A stretch of 63,873 nt of DNA, counting the filler, from Nemertoderma westbladi (taxonomy: Eukaryota; Animalia; Xenacoelomorpha), in NCBI GenBank assembly GCA_032718475.1. It is 4 parts of 4 records of this genome, joined end to end, with 100 filler letters (N's around TTAATTAATTAA, not from the genome) between each part and the next. Parts side by side here need not be neighbours in the genome. Positions count along the whole stretch, not along the records: positions 20,807 to 41,146 come from JAUCBJ010001500.1; 3 more parts are not named here. The stretch is one strand, 5' to 3'. The notes beneath the pieces are model-generated. The model worked only from the letters and a program-made list of their open reading frames with translations. It ran no database searches and was not told the origin of the DNA. Below are positions 23,982-34,875 of the stretch, one piece after another (the stretch's first letter is position 1; each line of letters opens with the position of its first letter). The translations under genes were made by a program, and so were the position numbers.

Positions 23982-24844
23982 ATGTCGTGTTCTTTGTTAA
24001 AAGTGCGATGGCTGTTCAGCAAAATAAACTCACACAACCACATCCAGAACCGACCAATTCGTCTCATAGACGCTTCATGGGCGCACCCAGTAGTACCGGG
24101 GTCCGTTAACTCCCAGAACAAACTCCTCTACCAGGAGGAACACATACCGGGCGCTGTCCACTTCGACATAGACGACTGTTGCGATAGAAACTCGAGGTAC
24201 CCCCGCACAATCCCACAAGCCGACGACTTCGCCTACTACGTCGGCGTAGGTTGCGGTATGTCTAACGGCCACCACGCTGTCATCTACGACCGCGGAACCA
24301 AGGCTCTCCCGCTGATGGCCTCGTTCCGCGTGTGGTGGCTGTTCCGTCTGTTTAATCACGAACACGTCTCGATTCTAGACGGGGGATTAGCGGCGTGGAA
24401 GGCGGAAGGATTAGCTGTAACCGATAAGTTGCCGGTCTTCAAACCCGCTGAATTCAAAGCAAAACTACAGAAACATTTACTAACAACTCACGAAGATTTG
24501 GTAGAGTATCTTTGAATACACACGACCCAATGCGTATTGTGGACGCAAGAGGCGTGTCTTCGTGGAAGAGGAGTCAGATACCAGACTCTACACCGGTTCC
24601 TATGTCCAGTCTATTTCAACCCAACGGAGAGTTTATAAAGCCGGAGGAAGTTGCCAGTCATTTCTCCTCGCACGGGGCGGATCTTTCCGATAAGAAACTG
24701 GTAGCCAGTTGCGGTTCCGGTGTCACCGCCTGCAGTCTGGCGTTCGCTGCCCATATAGCCGGTCACCCAAACGTACCGGTATACGATGGAAGTATGACTG
24801 AGTTCCGAGACAGATGTACTGACTTAGTGAAGCAATCTGAGTGA
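23982..24844 (+). CDS. MPST: Tandem-domain sulfurtransferase (MPST/TST family), intronless, with a frame break at 24510-24515
   Basis: Domain 1: LIDASW..HIPGAVHFDID..VIYD..RVWWLFRLFNHEHVSILDGGLAAWKAEG. Domain 2 (next ORF, -1 frame): IVDAR..CGSGVTAC..VPVYDGS. CGSGVT is the MPST-type catalytic loop. Could be an assembly indel or a pseudogene. Confidence 0.8.
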
Positions 24845-24967
24845 ATAACTTAGTGAAACAAACAATAACTTAGTTCCCGGACAACTCTCCCAACAGGGAA
24901 GGGGGAATGTGTGATATGGGTCAGTCATGTGTCTGACATATTGGATATAACACATAGGCCTAGGATT

Positions 24968-26185
24968 GGGTAAATCTTTTCGACCTACGCGTAGGCCTAC
25001 GCGTAGCTACGCGTAGCTACGCGTAGCTACGCGTAGTTCGCAACATTGGGTCATATATCACCAGTTTCAGAGTTTTAACAATAACTACGCGTAGGTGCTA
25101 CGCGTAGCTACGCGTAGGTGCTACGCGTAGCTACGCGTAGGTCCTACGCGACCTACGCATAGGTGCTACCCATAACTATGCCTATACGTCAGTACGTCGT
25201 TTATCATTAGTAGGCTTACGTATTCTAAGCGAGTCAGTACTAAAATAAGACACAATACGGTATGTTCAATAAACAACCCACAACCATCAAATGCTTTCAA
25301 CAGTAATGTATCCTATACCTGTATACTCTATATAGAGGAATACGCGAAAACTACATATTCTTCACTTCATGCGTTGCGGGCGGTAAAATGTGTTAATAAT
25401 TAATGTTTAGAGTTCAAAAATAGTTTACAAAGGAAATAGGCCGATGGTTCTTATCGATTCTCTATGCTTTTTATTGCCTTTGTTCACGATAGGGCAAGGA
25501 TATACTGTATTTAATATGTTAACCCCTTGACAAGGGAAGGGGGAGACTAAATTGTCTACCATGATTGGTTGCACTTGTCATTTGACCAAACAATTTGATT
25601 ATATGCAGTATTTATCAGCTTTCGCTTAACCTCTTCACCGGTAGACTGGTCGCTTTATTTACTACTGTTCAATATTTAAATAATCCAATGGAAACAAAGA
25701 TACTTGAATCATGAGACGTGAATTTCAAGTTTACTTTTTATTCATCCTCTGTGTTTGTATGTGAAAGAGCCGAATATTATTTATTACCAGTGCTGTATGT
25801 AGATATATGAGTTTCCGATTCTGTTATTACATTTGTCTGATAATCAGATACCTGACATATACCGATACTTGCCTAACAACTCAACCCTACCGGACCTGAA
25901 ATGAAAAATCATTGTTATCAGGACTGCTACGCGTAGCACCTACGCGTAGCTACGCGTAGCACCTACGCGTAGTTTCAAAATACCTACGCGTAGTTCCAAA
26001 ATAACTACGCGTAGTTTTAAAACACCTACGCGTAGTTGTTAAAAAGGCAGTAAGTCTGGCCCTACCGGTAAATGACAGGAATGGAAGTTACAAACTACGC
26101 GTAGCTACGCGTAGCTACGCGTAGCTACGCGTAGGCCTACGCGTAGCTACGCGTAGGCCTACGCGTAGGTCGAAAAGATTTACCC
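24968..26185. mobile_element. GG-ended TIR element with 8-bp TSD (Merlin-like) and subterminal (CTACGCGTAG)n arrays
   Basis: TIR GGGTAAATCTTTTCGACCTACGCGTAGG at both ends; perfect TSD CTAGGATT at 24960-24967 and 26186-26193; no ORF. Confidence 0.92.
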
Positions 26186-26373
26186 CTAGGATTTACCTAC
26201 TTTCGTAGTTAGCAGTAGGCCTAGTACATTTAGGTATATTGTACCGGTTTGTGGTTTGCCGGCCTTTATGTGTTATGTTATATATCAGTATTTGATATCC
26301 TCAAATATATACCGATACATTGGAAGTTATGTTACAATACCACTCTGTGAATGAGTTTGGATCATGTTGTAGG

Positions 26374-26910
26374 CTGTGGGGGTGACTTGATACATATTGG
26401 AAATTTAAAAAAAGAACGAAGTCCCCACCTAACGGGGATATAAAATTATGGCTAAAATTAAAAATATCTCCATTTTTTATGGCAAAATATTTCATATTTA
26501 ACAAGTTAAATTGCACTTTTAAAACGAAAAAGACCTTCATTGCATATTGACATCCTGACACCAGTAAGTAAGACAATACATTTTAGAAAAAACTGGAAAC
26601 TAAAACAATGAATTTAAGCACAAATTTTGCAAATTTAAGGTTTAAGTAAAGATAAAATATTTTAGAAAATTTAACATATAACAATATTTAACAAGTTAAA
26701 TTGAAGTTTAAAAACGAAAAAGACTTTCATTGCATTGTGACATCCTGACACCAGTAAATATGACACAACATTTTAGAAAAAACTGCAAACTAAATCAATG
26801 AATTTAAGCACAAATTTTGCAAAATCAACATTTAAGTCACAGTATTCACAGGTATCAGAACATTTTCGCCTCCAATATACCGTATATATGTATCAAGTCA
26901 CCCCATAGTG
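26374..26910. mobile_element. Degenerate TIR element with an internal ~190-bp tandem duplication
   Basis: GGGGTGACTTGATACATATTGG at ~26379 is inverted at ~26872-26904; 26494-26640 is repeated at 26684-26830. Confidence 0.65.
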
Positions 26911-27290
26911 AATAACTTGTGAAACAATCTGAATTAATCCCATGTGGAATAATCCGAATGAATCATATTGTGGAACAATCTATGTGAATCATAAGTGGAA
27001 CAATCTGATTGAATCATTGAGTGTAACAATCTGAGTGAATCATTGCGTGGAACAATCTGAGTGAATCACTCAGTGAATCAATCTGAGTGGAACAATCTGA
27101 GTGAATCACATAGTGGAACAATTTGCGTGAATTATTAAGTGGAACAATCTGAGTGAATCATTTAGTGGAACAATCTGGGTGAATCACTCATTGAAACAAT
27201 CTGATTGTATCATTGATTGGAACAATCTAAGTGAATCACATAGTGGAACAATCTGTGTGAATCATTCAGTGGAACAATATAAGTTAATCA
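26908..27290 (+). repeat. ~28-bp minisatellite TAGTGGAACAATCTGAGTGAATCA.., related to the sulfurtransferase stop region
   Basis: About 13 degenerate copies. The monomer resembles TTAGTGAAGCAATCTGAGTGAATAAC at 24824-24849. Confidence 0.88.
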
Positions 27291-27374
27291 GTATATGAAT
27301 TAAAACCTAAGAAAATATATTATTGAAAGTATTCGTTTAATAAATAATAAGTTGTCATGGTCATTGGTCAGTCA

Positions 27375-27530
27375 GTAGTCGTGGACGACCGGCCATAACA
27401 TATATAGATCAACTTGAAAGGGATACTGAACTTGGGAGAATCGAAATTGCGACAACTATGGAGAATCGGGAAGCCTGGAAGGATCTCATTTCCACTGTCC
27501 GAGTTCGTTCGACCTAGTAGTAGCAGCTAT
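27375..27530 (+). mobile_element. RTE-like 3' end remnant
   Basis: GRPAITYIDQLERDTEL..IATTMENREAWK followed by a (TAG)n-like tail. Confidence 0.6.
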
Positions 27531-28123
27531 AATAAGCCTGGAAAACGAACTAGTCTGATATTAAGTTACAAGATAATGGACACAAATACAGTATAGTGGA
27601 TTGTTGGCGAAAAACTAAGCGGTTCTTGAATTAACCATGATGTCCGACATTATCTGCACAAGATTTATCGTGTTGGCAGTTTCTATTGACCAGACTGTGG
27701 TAGACCCACAACGTATAGTGAAATCATGTGGTCGTACTCATACGCACATCATTGGGCAGTTCTGAACTGAAATCCGGGAATGCCCGGTCCTTTAATTAAC
27801 AATAATATATGAAATAAGAAATAATTATTACCATTATGAGTTCCCACCCATGATAGCACGCTAGTGTACGGGTGGAACTCAGCAAATTAATCAATTATTA
27901 CGAAATAGAATATAAAGAATTATACTAGTAATCAGCCTGAGAAATTTATATTATGCAGTATACATTTATTTTGTTATATTATTGTTATATATAAATAAAT
28001 ACCTTTATATATTTTACATATATTAAAACATGGTAATCCACAGAGGTGTAACGCGACCCCGCGCCCGGGAAGTGGTGCGGCACCTATTGTGACAATATGA
28101 ACTTCAATTGTGTGTGCAATAAC

Positions 28124-28229
28124 CACGGTTGTGTACAAAACACAGATCCAAGACCTCAGACCCCAAGGTACAAAACCTGATACCCAGGTACAGGTACAAA
28201 CTTGGGTCTGTGTTTTGTACACAACCGTG
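28124..28229. mobile_element. 106-bp MITE, CA..TG ends, 7-bp TSD CAATAAC
   Basis: TIR CACGGTTGTGTACAAAACACAGA.CCAAG; CAATAAC on both flanks. Confidence 0.75.
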
Positions 28230-28299
28230 CAATAACAGCATATAATTAAATTGATTATTCATGCAGCAGTGACCTGTGAGTGATATGAAAAGAGAGAAA

Positions 28300-29480
28300 A
28301 TAAATTCAAGTGAATTCCACATGCGAGGTCCTTCAACTTTTAATGATTTCTGCCCCACAACAAGATTATTACGTGGAATGAAATATTTATTAGCGGTAGC
28401 AGATCGTGTCCCATATGTATGCATAGTGTTTCTTTTGAAAAAAAAACTATGAAAGCAGGGATGACTGCTATTATGCGATACGTCGTACATAAAATTGACA
28501 ACATGGAATTTATAAAGGCTTTCAACAGCTAAGATACTTAGGCGTCTATACAGGGGAACTGATGATGCAAATCGGTCGCTGAATGTAATAGCACGTTAAT
28601 AACTTATATATCTTATCTCTACTTGTTTTAATTATGCTAACATTAGGATTACCCCAGATTAACAACCCATAGTTAATATAAGGCTGAATCATTGAATAGT
28701 ATAATAAACGTAATATATGAACAGGAAAATAATACCTAAGTTTATAAAAAATTCCGACTGATTTTGATATCATATTGGATATGAGCTTTCCATGATAATT
28801 TACTGTCTATTTTGATTCCTAAATATTCGGCTGAATTGTGTTTGAATTGAATTGAATTTAGTTTGTGATATTGGGTTTCCTTTAAGATGAATATTAAGAG
28901 GAAAGAGCTTATTTAATTGGCTGTTGTAAAATAAAGTAAACGCCGTTTTTTTTTAGATTTATTGATAGGCGATTGTCAAGCGCAGCCAGTTTGCCACTTT
29001 ATCTAGTTCAACATTAAAAACGTCTGTTAAGTCAGTTAAATTATTGAAGAATGCATAAGAGATGTATCGTCGGCAAACAAAGTTGAGAACAATGATGTAC
29101 AGTTTGATAGATCGTTAATGTATAACAAAAACAATAAGGGTCCCAAAATGCTGCGTTGTGGAACACCGAATTCGATATCGGCCAAATCAGAGATACTATT
29201 TCCAACAGAGGCACACTGTCGGTGATTGGTCTGGTAGTTCGTAAGCAATTTGTGGGGGATACCCCGAATACCATAGGAAGCTAATTTATTTAGTAAAATT
29301 AAATAATCTAGCGTATCGCACGCCTTTTTCAAATCTTATAACTACAATACAAGTCGGATGGTCGTTATTATCAAGTGCATCTCTAATTTTTTCAGTAACC
29401 GTAATTAGCAAGGCGTTTTTATAATTTATTTATAATTTAATTTTTTTTTCTAAAACCGAGTTGGTTGACTGTAAGAAAAC
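28300..29480 (-). mobile_element. Degenerate CR1/L2-group LINE reverse transcriptase
   Basis: KKACDTLD..ILL.KL..YGIRG..GVPQ.SILGPLLFLLYINDL..LFADDT, then ISKSVGIFYKLR..LYYSMIQPYINYGL.IWG and GPRMWNSL; many stops and frameshifts. Confidence 0.9.
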
Positions 29481-30460
29481 AATATTTATATTAAAAAAAG
29501 AACGAAGGTGAGTGAAAATGAAAGACAGTTTCTCAAAGTGATCCAGCCAGACGATCAGCTGGAGATTCAGCTGGTAGTTGATTGGCTCTTTCTCCCAGTG
29601 AGAAGACTAATTACTTGCATCTGCAATTCTAGCAAAATTTATGGCAAATTAAAACAAACTTATCACGTAAATATTTTTCATGAAAACTTTATATCGATTT
29701 ATCTCAGAGTCATTTTTTTAGCACCAATAATGCTAAGGATCTCCAGGGGTTGGTTGAAATATTATGATTCTTTACACATACGTTCCTTAGGATGTGTTGC
29801 AGATACCATATGGACAAAATGGATGAAAAACGCCATCACCAAATTTTCACTGTATTTAATACGCTGCATTGAGGTCATTAACCAGATCACTCACTGACTA
29901 GCTCTAAAGCTGATTGGTCTAGTATGGTCGATTTAGCGCCAGTTGCTAATTAATGATTGAGACAAACATTTTTAGCACAAATTAATATTCAGAATTTTCT
30001 AATTACCCAGACCTCAAATTTAGCAAGGCTTATCGCCGCGAATCGATAGCAGTATCGGTCGCCTCTATTACAATATTCCCTACAACCTGATAATCCATGT
30101 AAATCTTGATGAATTATTTGCTGTTGGGTTTATTTTTAATTCATTCGAACATAAAAAATACATTTCAAACCAAAAACTAAGTAGTTATTTATTATTGACT
30201 GAAGTTTTTCTTTATGTTTGTTTGTAAATAATTTAACGTTATGTATCTAAACAAATAAATAGTGATATAGAAACTTGTAAACATTTCAAATGTACATTTA
30301 CATTAATTACATAAACCATCACCATTAGAAACGGTGAAAGAGAAACGCTTGAGTTTCGTATTTCGTGCAAATTTAGGAGTTTTTTATGGACCCATATTTG
30401 CATCACTAATTGCCACCAATACTTGCAACCTGAAGTAATAGAATGTATCAATATTGTAAC

Positions 30461-31720
30461 TCAACAATCCTCTTCAAAAGGTCTATTGACTACCTCAAAG
30501 CCATTATTACCATTGGCAATACTTTCGGAAGATTTGCGGCTTTCGGAGTTCGATGTATCTGTGTGCTGAGAATCATCGGTCGGACAAACTGCATCCATCG
30601 GTGTCTGCAGTTGTGTTGGTTCCACGTCGTCGGTGAAGTTGTCAGTGGGTTCGCCGTCACCGGTGCAGCTGCCATCCGGTTCAATATCACCGTCGCCGGT
30701 GCAAGTATCGGCGGGTTCATCAATTCCGGCGCAATCATCGGCTTCCGGCGATTTATCATTGGCGAGTGTAGAAGATCGACCTTTGTATTCGTACTTGTAG
30801 AACGGTTTAAAGGATTCCAGAACACCCACATCTTCCGTAAGATTAGGTAAAACCCAGAGGTGGTGTTTCCCGCCGCTGAACAGCCAAACAGCGCCGAATA
30901 ACAAAGTCCGTAGAATAGTTACCACGAGTAACGCCCCGAGGAGTATAGATCCCGTGACGCTAACGTAGTAAATCGAGATCCTAATCCAATCGGGCCACAA
31001 CGGGAACATACAGACCCCGATGGATCCAACAATGAGGACCAACCCGATTATAAAGTTGGTCGGTTTAATAGGATCGTAAATCCAAACATAAGCGTCGTCG
31101 CCGTCAACAAATACTTGCTGGTCGTGAAGCTGAAGTTTAGTTATTTTTTTCGACTTTTTATCCTCATCTTTAGTTTCCTTTTCATCTTTAGAATTCTTTT
31201 CATCTTTTGAATTCTTTTCATCTTTTGAATTACTTTCATCTTTTAGTTTTAGTTTCTTTTCATCCTTGGATTTCTTGTCACCCTTGCGGTTTCCATCGTT
31301 GTCGACTTTATTATCGGTTCGTTTTCGGACCGTACCGATACCGGTAGGCTTCCCTCCCCCGGTATCATCGTTCTCCTCTTTCGATGCCTCGATCTCATTG
31401 GGAAGTTTCTTTCGACGAACCTTTTTTATAGCGCGCTGATAAAACTGATTGTCTAATAACACTTGTAGAGCATCACATGCTGATTTTCGATTTGTTATTG
31501 ATATATTGTATGATTTTTTACCTTTAGACCATGGCGAATCCAGCAATTTATCAACAGCTTTCGAAGCAATAAAGAAATCTACCTCGTTTCCCAAGAAATA
31601 TCCCTTCTTTGTCGGAACATTGAACCTGAGAAACTTTGCTATCGCTTTATCTTCTTTTGTTAGCGAATCGCGGTCAACGATTTTCTTTTGGGCAGCGTGT
31701 TTTCTCTTTTTATCAGCCAT
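30461..31720 (-). CDS. SEC62: Translocation protein SEC62 (single coding exon)
   Basis: AIAKFLRFNVPTK..VDFFIASKAVDKLLDSPW..LHDQQVFVDGDDAYVWIYDP, two TM helices with MFPLWP, HHLWVLPNLTEDVG.LESFKP.Y, and an acidic tail. Confidence 0.97.
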   Translation of the reverse strand: MADKKRKHAAQKKIVDRDSLTKEDKAIAKFLRFNVPTKKGYFLGNEVDFFIASKAVDKLLDSPWSKGKKSYNISITNRKSACDALQVLLDNQFYQRAIKKVRRKKLPNEIEASKEENDDTGGGKPTGIGTVRKRTDNKVDNDGNRKGDKKSKDEKKLKLKDESNSKDEKNSKDEKNSKDEKETKDEDKKSKKITKLQLHDQQVFVDGDDAYVWIYDPIKPTNFIIGLVLIVGSIGVCMFPLWPDWIRISIYYVSVTGSILLGALLVVTILRTLLFGAVWLFSGGKHHLWVLPNLTEDVGVLESFKPFYKYEYKGRSSTLANDKSPEADDCAGIDEPADTCTGDGDIEPDGSCTGDGEPTDNFTDDVEPTQLQTPMDAVCPTDDSQHTDTSNSESRKSSESIANGNNGFEVVNRPFEEDC

Positions 31721-32129
31721 TCCTATTCCTGTCAGCCTGTTGGGTGTTGGGTTATGCTACAATGGTTTCAAATACTGAAAAAGCTACCGGTAGGCGGTAG
31801 GTCAGGTGAGAAGGTTCCGGTACCGGTATCCCAGTATCCAGGTATCTCATGAGGAAGGACAAATACAAAAATAGGGTGTGCAGTGCAGTGTGCGTAGCCG
31901 ACTGTCAAAGTCAGTCAGTGCCTGGTTGAGTAGATGACTAGCTGAGTAATAATGGTTGCAGGGTTGTCGTCTTGTCTACATAGTTCAATGCACAGCTCAA
32001 TCAATGGTTGTATTCGTTGTATCCTAGGCACAAGGGTGTATGGTGGGCCCATGCTGCCATGTGAACAATCCCCCAGAGTAGTGCCCAGGAAAGCCAAAAT
32101 GTGTCAACGTTTGTTTAAAAGGGTGGGTA

Positions 32130-34875
32130 GGTGGGTGGGTGGCTCGGTTGGTCGGTAGGTCGGTCGGTGGGAAGGTGGGAATGAAGAAACATGGGAATGT
32201 AGGAAGATGGGAATGTAGGAAAATGAGAATATAGGAAGATGGGAATGTAGGAAAATGAGAATATAGGAAGATGGGAATGTAGGAAGATGGAAATGAGGGG
32301 AGGTGGGAATATAGGAAGATGGGAATGGCAGGAAGATGGGAATATAGGAAGATAAGATGGGAATGTATGAAGATGGCGAATGTAGGAAGATGGGAATGTA
32401 AGAAGATGGAAATGAGGGGTGGTGGGAATATAGGAAGATGCGGGAATGTAGGAAAACGAGAATATAGGAAGATGGGAATGTAGGAAGATGGGAATATAGG
32501 AATATGGGAATGTAGGAAGATGGAAATGAGGGAAGGTGGGAATATAGGAAGATGGGAATATAGGAAGATAAGATGGGAATGTAGGAAGATGGAAATGAGG
32601 GAAGGTGTGAATATAGGAAGATGGGAATTGCAGGAAGATGGGAATATAGGAAGATAAGATGGGAATGTATGAAGATGGCGAATGTAGGAAGATGGGAATG
32701 TAAGAAGATGGAAATGAGGGGTGGTGGGAATATAGGAAGATGCGGGAATGTAGGAAAATGAGAATATAGGAAGATGGGAATGTAGGAAGATGGGAATATA
32801 TGAATATGGGAATCTAGGAAGATGGGAATGTAGGAAGATGGGAATGTAGGAAGATGGGAATATATGAATATGGGAATGTAGGAAGATGGAAATGAGGGAA
32901 GGTGGGAATATAGGAAGATGGGAATATAGGAAGATAAGATGGGAATGTAGGAAGATGGAAATGAGGGAAGGTGTGAATATAGGAAGATGGGAATTGCAGG
33001 AAGATGGGAATATAGGAAGATAAGATGGGAATGTATGAAGATGGCGAATGTAGGAAGATGGGAATGTAAGAAGATGGAAATGAGGGGTGGTGGGAATATA
33101 GGAAGATGCGGGAATGTAGGAAAATGAGAATATAGGAAGATGGGAATGTAGGAAGATGGGAATATATGAATATGGGAATCTAGGAAGATGGGAATGTAGG
33201 AAGATGGGAATGTAGGAAGAAGGAAATGAGGGGAGGTGGGAATATAGGAAGATGGGAATGCAGGAAGATGGGAATATAGGAAGATAAGATGGGAATGTAG
33301 GAATATGGAAATTTAGGAAGATGGCGAATGTAGGAAGATGGCGAATGTAGGAAGATGGAAATGAGGGAAGGTGGGAATATAGGAAGATGGGAATGCAGGA
33401 AGATGGGAATATAGGAAGATAAGATGGGAATGTAGGAAGATGGGAATATAGGAAGATTGGAATGTAGGAAGATGGGAATATAGGAAGATGGAAATGTAGG
33501 AAGATGGGAATGTAGGAAGATGGGAATGTGAGAAGATGGGAATGAGGGGAGGTGGGAACATAGAGAGATGGGAATGTAGGAAGGTGGGAATGTGGGAAAG
33601 TGGGTGGGAATGTATGAAGATGGGAATGTATGAAGATGGGAATGTATGAAGATGGGAATGTATGAAGATGGTAATCTGGGCTGATGGGAATGTGGGAAGA
33701 GGGTAATGTGAGAAGGTAGATTGGAATATAGGAAGATGGGAATGTAGAAAGATGGGATTGTGGGAATATGGGAAGGTGGATGGGAATGTAGGAAGATGGG
33801 AATGTAGGATGATGGAATTGTTGGAAGATGGGAATGTGGGAATATGAGAATGTGGGAAGGTGGATTAACATATTGGAATGTTGGAAGGTGGGTGGGAATG
33901 TAGGAAGATGGGGATGTAGGATGAGGGAATGTAGGAAGATGGAAATGTGAGAAGATGGGAATGAGGGGGTGGGAATATAAAAAGAGGGGAATGTAAAAAG
34001 ATGGGAATTTAGGAAGATGGCTAATGTAGGAAGATGGGAATGTGAGAAGATGGGAATGAGGGGGTGGGAATATAAAAAGATGGGAATGTAAAAAGATGGG
34101 AATTTAGGAAGATGGCTAATGTAGGAAGATGGGAATGTGAGAAGATGGGAATGAGGGGAGGTGGGAATAGAGGAAGATGGGAATGTATGAAGATGGTAAT
34201 TTGGGAAGATGGGAATGTGGGAAGATGGTAATGTGAGAATATAGATTGGAATGTAGGAAGATGGGAATGTAGGAAGATTGGAATGTAGGAAGATGGGAAT
34301 GTAGGAAGATGGGAATGCGGGAATATGAGAAGGTGGATGGGAATGTAGGAAGATGGGAATGTAGGAAGATGGGATTGTTGGAAGATGAGAATGTGGGAAT
34401 ATGGGAAGGTGGATTAAAATAGTGGAATGTGGGAAGGTGGGTGGGAATGTATAAAGATGGGAATGTAGGAAGATGGGAATGTAGGAAGATGGGAATGTAG
34501 GAAGGTGGGTGGGAATGTAGGAAGATGGGAATGTGAGGATATGGGAATGTGGTAAGGTGGATTGAAATTTTGGAATGTAGGAAGATGGGTGGTAATGTAG
34601 GATGATTGGAATGCAGGAAGATGGGAATGTAGGAATATGGTAATATGGGAATGTGGGAAGGTAGGTGGGAATGTAGGAAGATGGGAATGTAGGGATGTGG
34701 GTGGGAGTGTAGGAATTTGGGAATATGGGAAGATGGAAATGTGGGAAGATGGGAAGGTAGGAGCGAATGTGGGAAGGCGGGTGGGAAGATGGGAATGTGG
34801 GAAGGTGGATGGGAATGTGGAAAGATGGGAATATAGGAAAATGGGAATATAGGAAGATGGGAATGTGGGAAGATG
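32130..34875. repeat. Purine-rich 16-bp minisatellite GGAAGATGGGAATGTA (~2.7 kb)
   Basis: Degenerate direct repeats with higher-order blocks (32339, 32641, 33007). Source of the spurious 966-aa ORF. Confidence 0.97.

Noticed and set aside
24510-24515. prfB-type +1 programmed frameshift or selenocysteine/readthrough TGA
   Set aside because: The rhodanese domain continues in the -1/+2 frame; neither the +1 frame nor in-frame readthrough gives homologous sequence.
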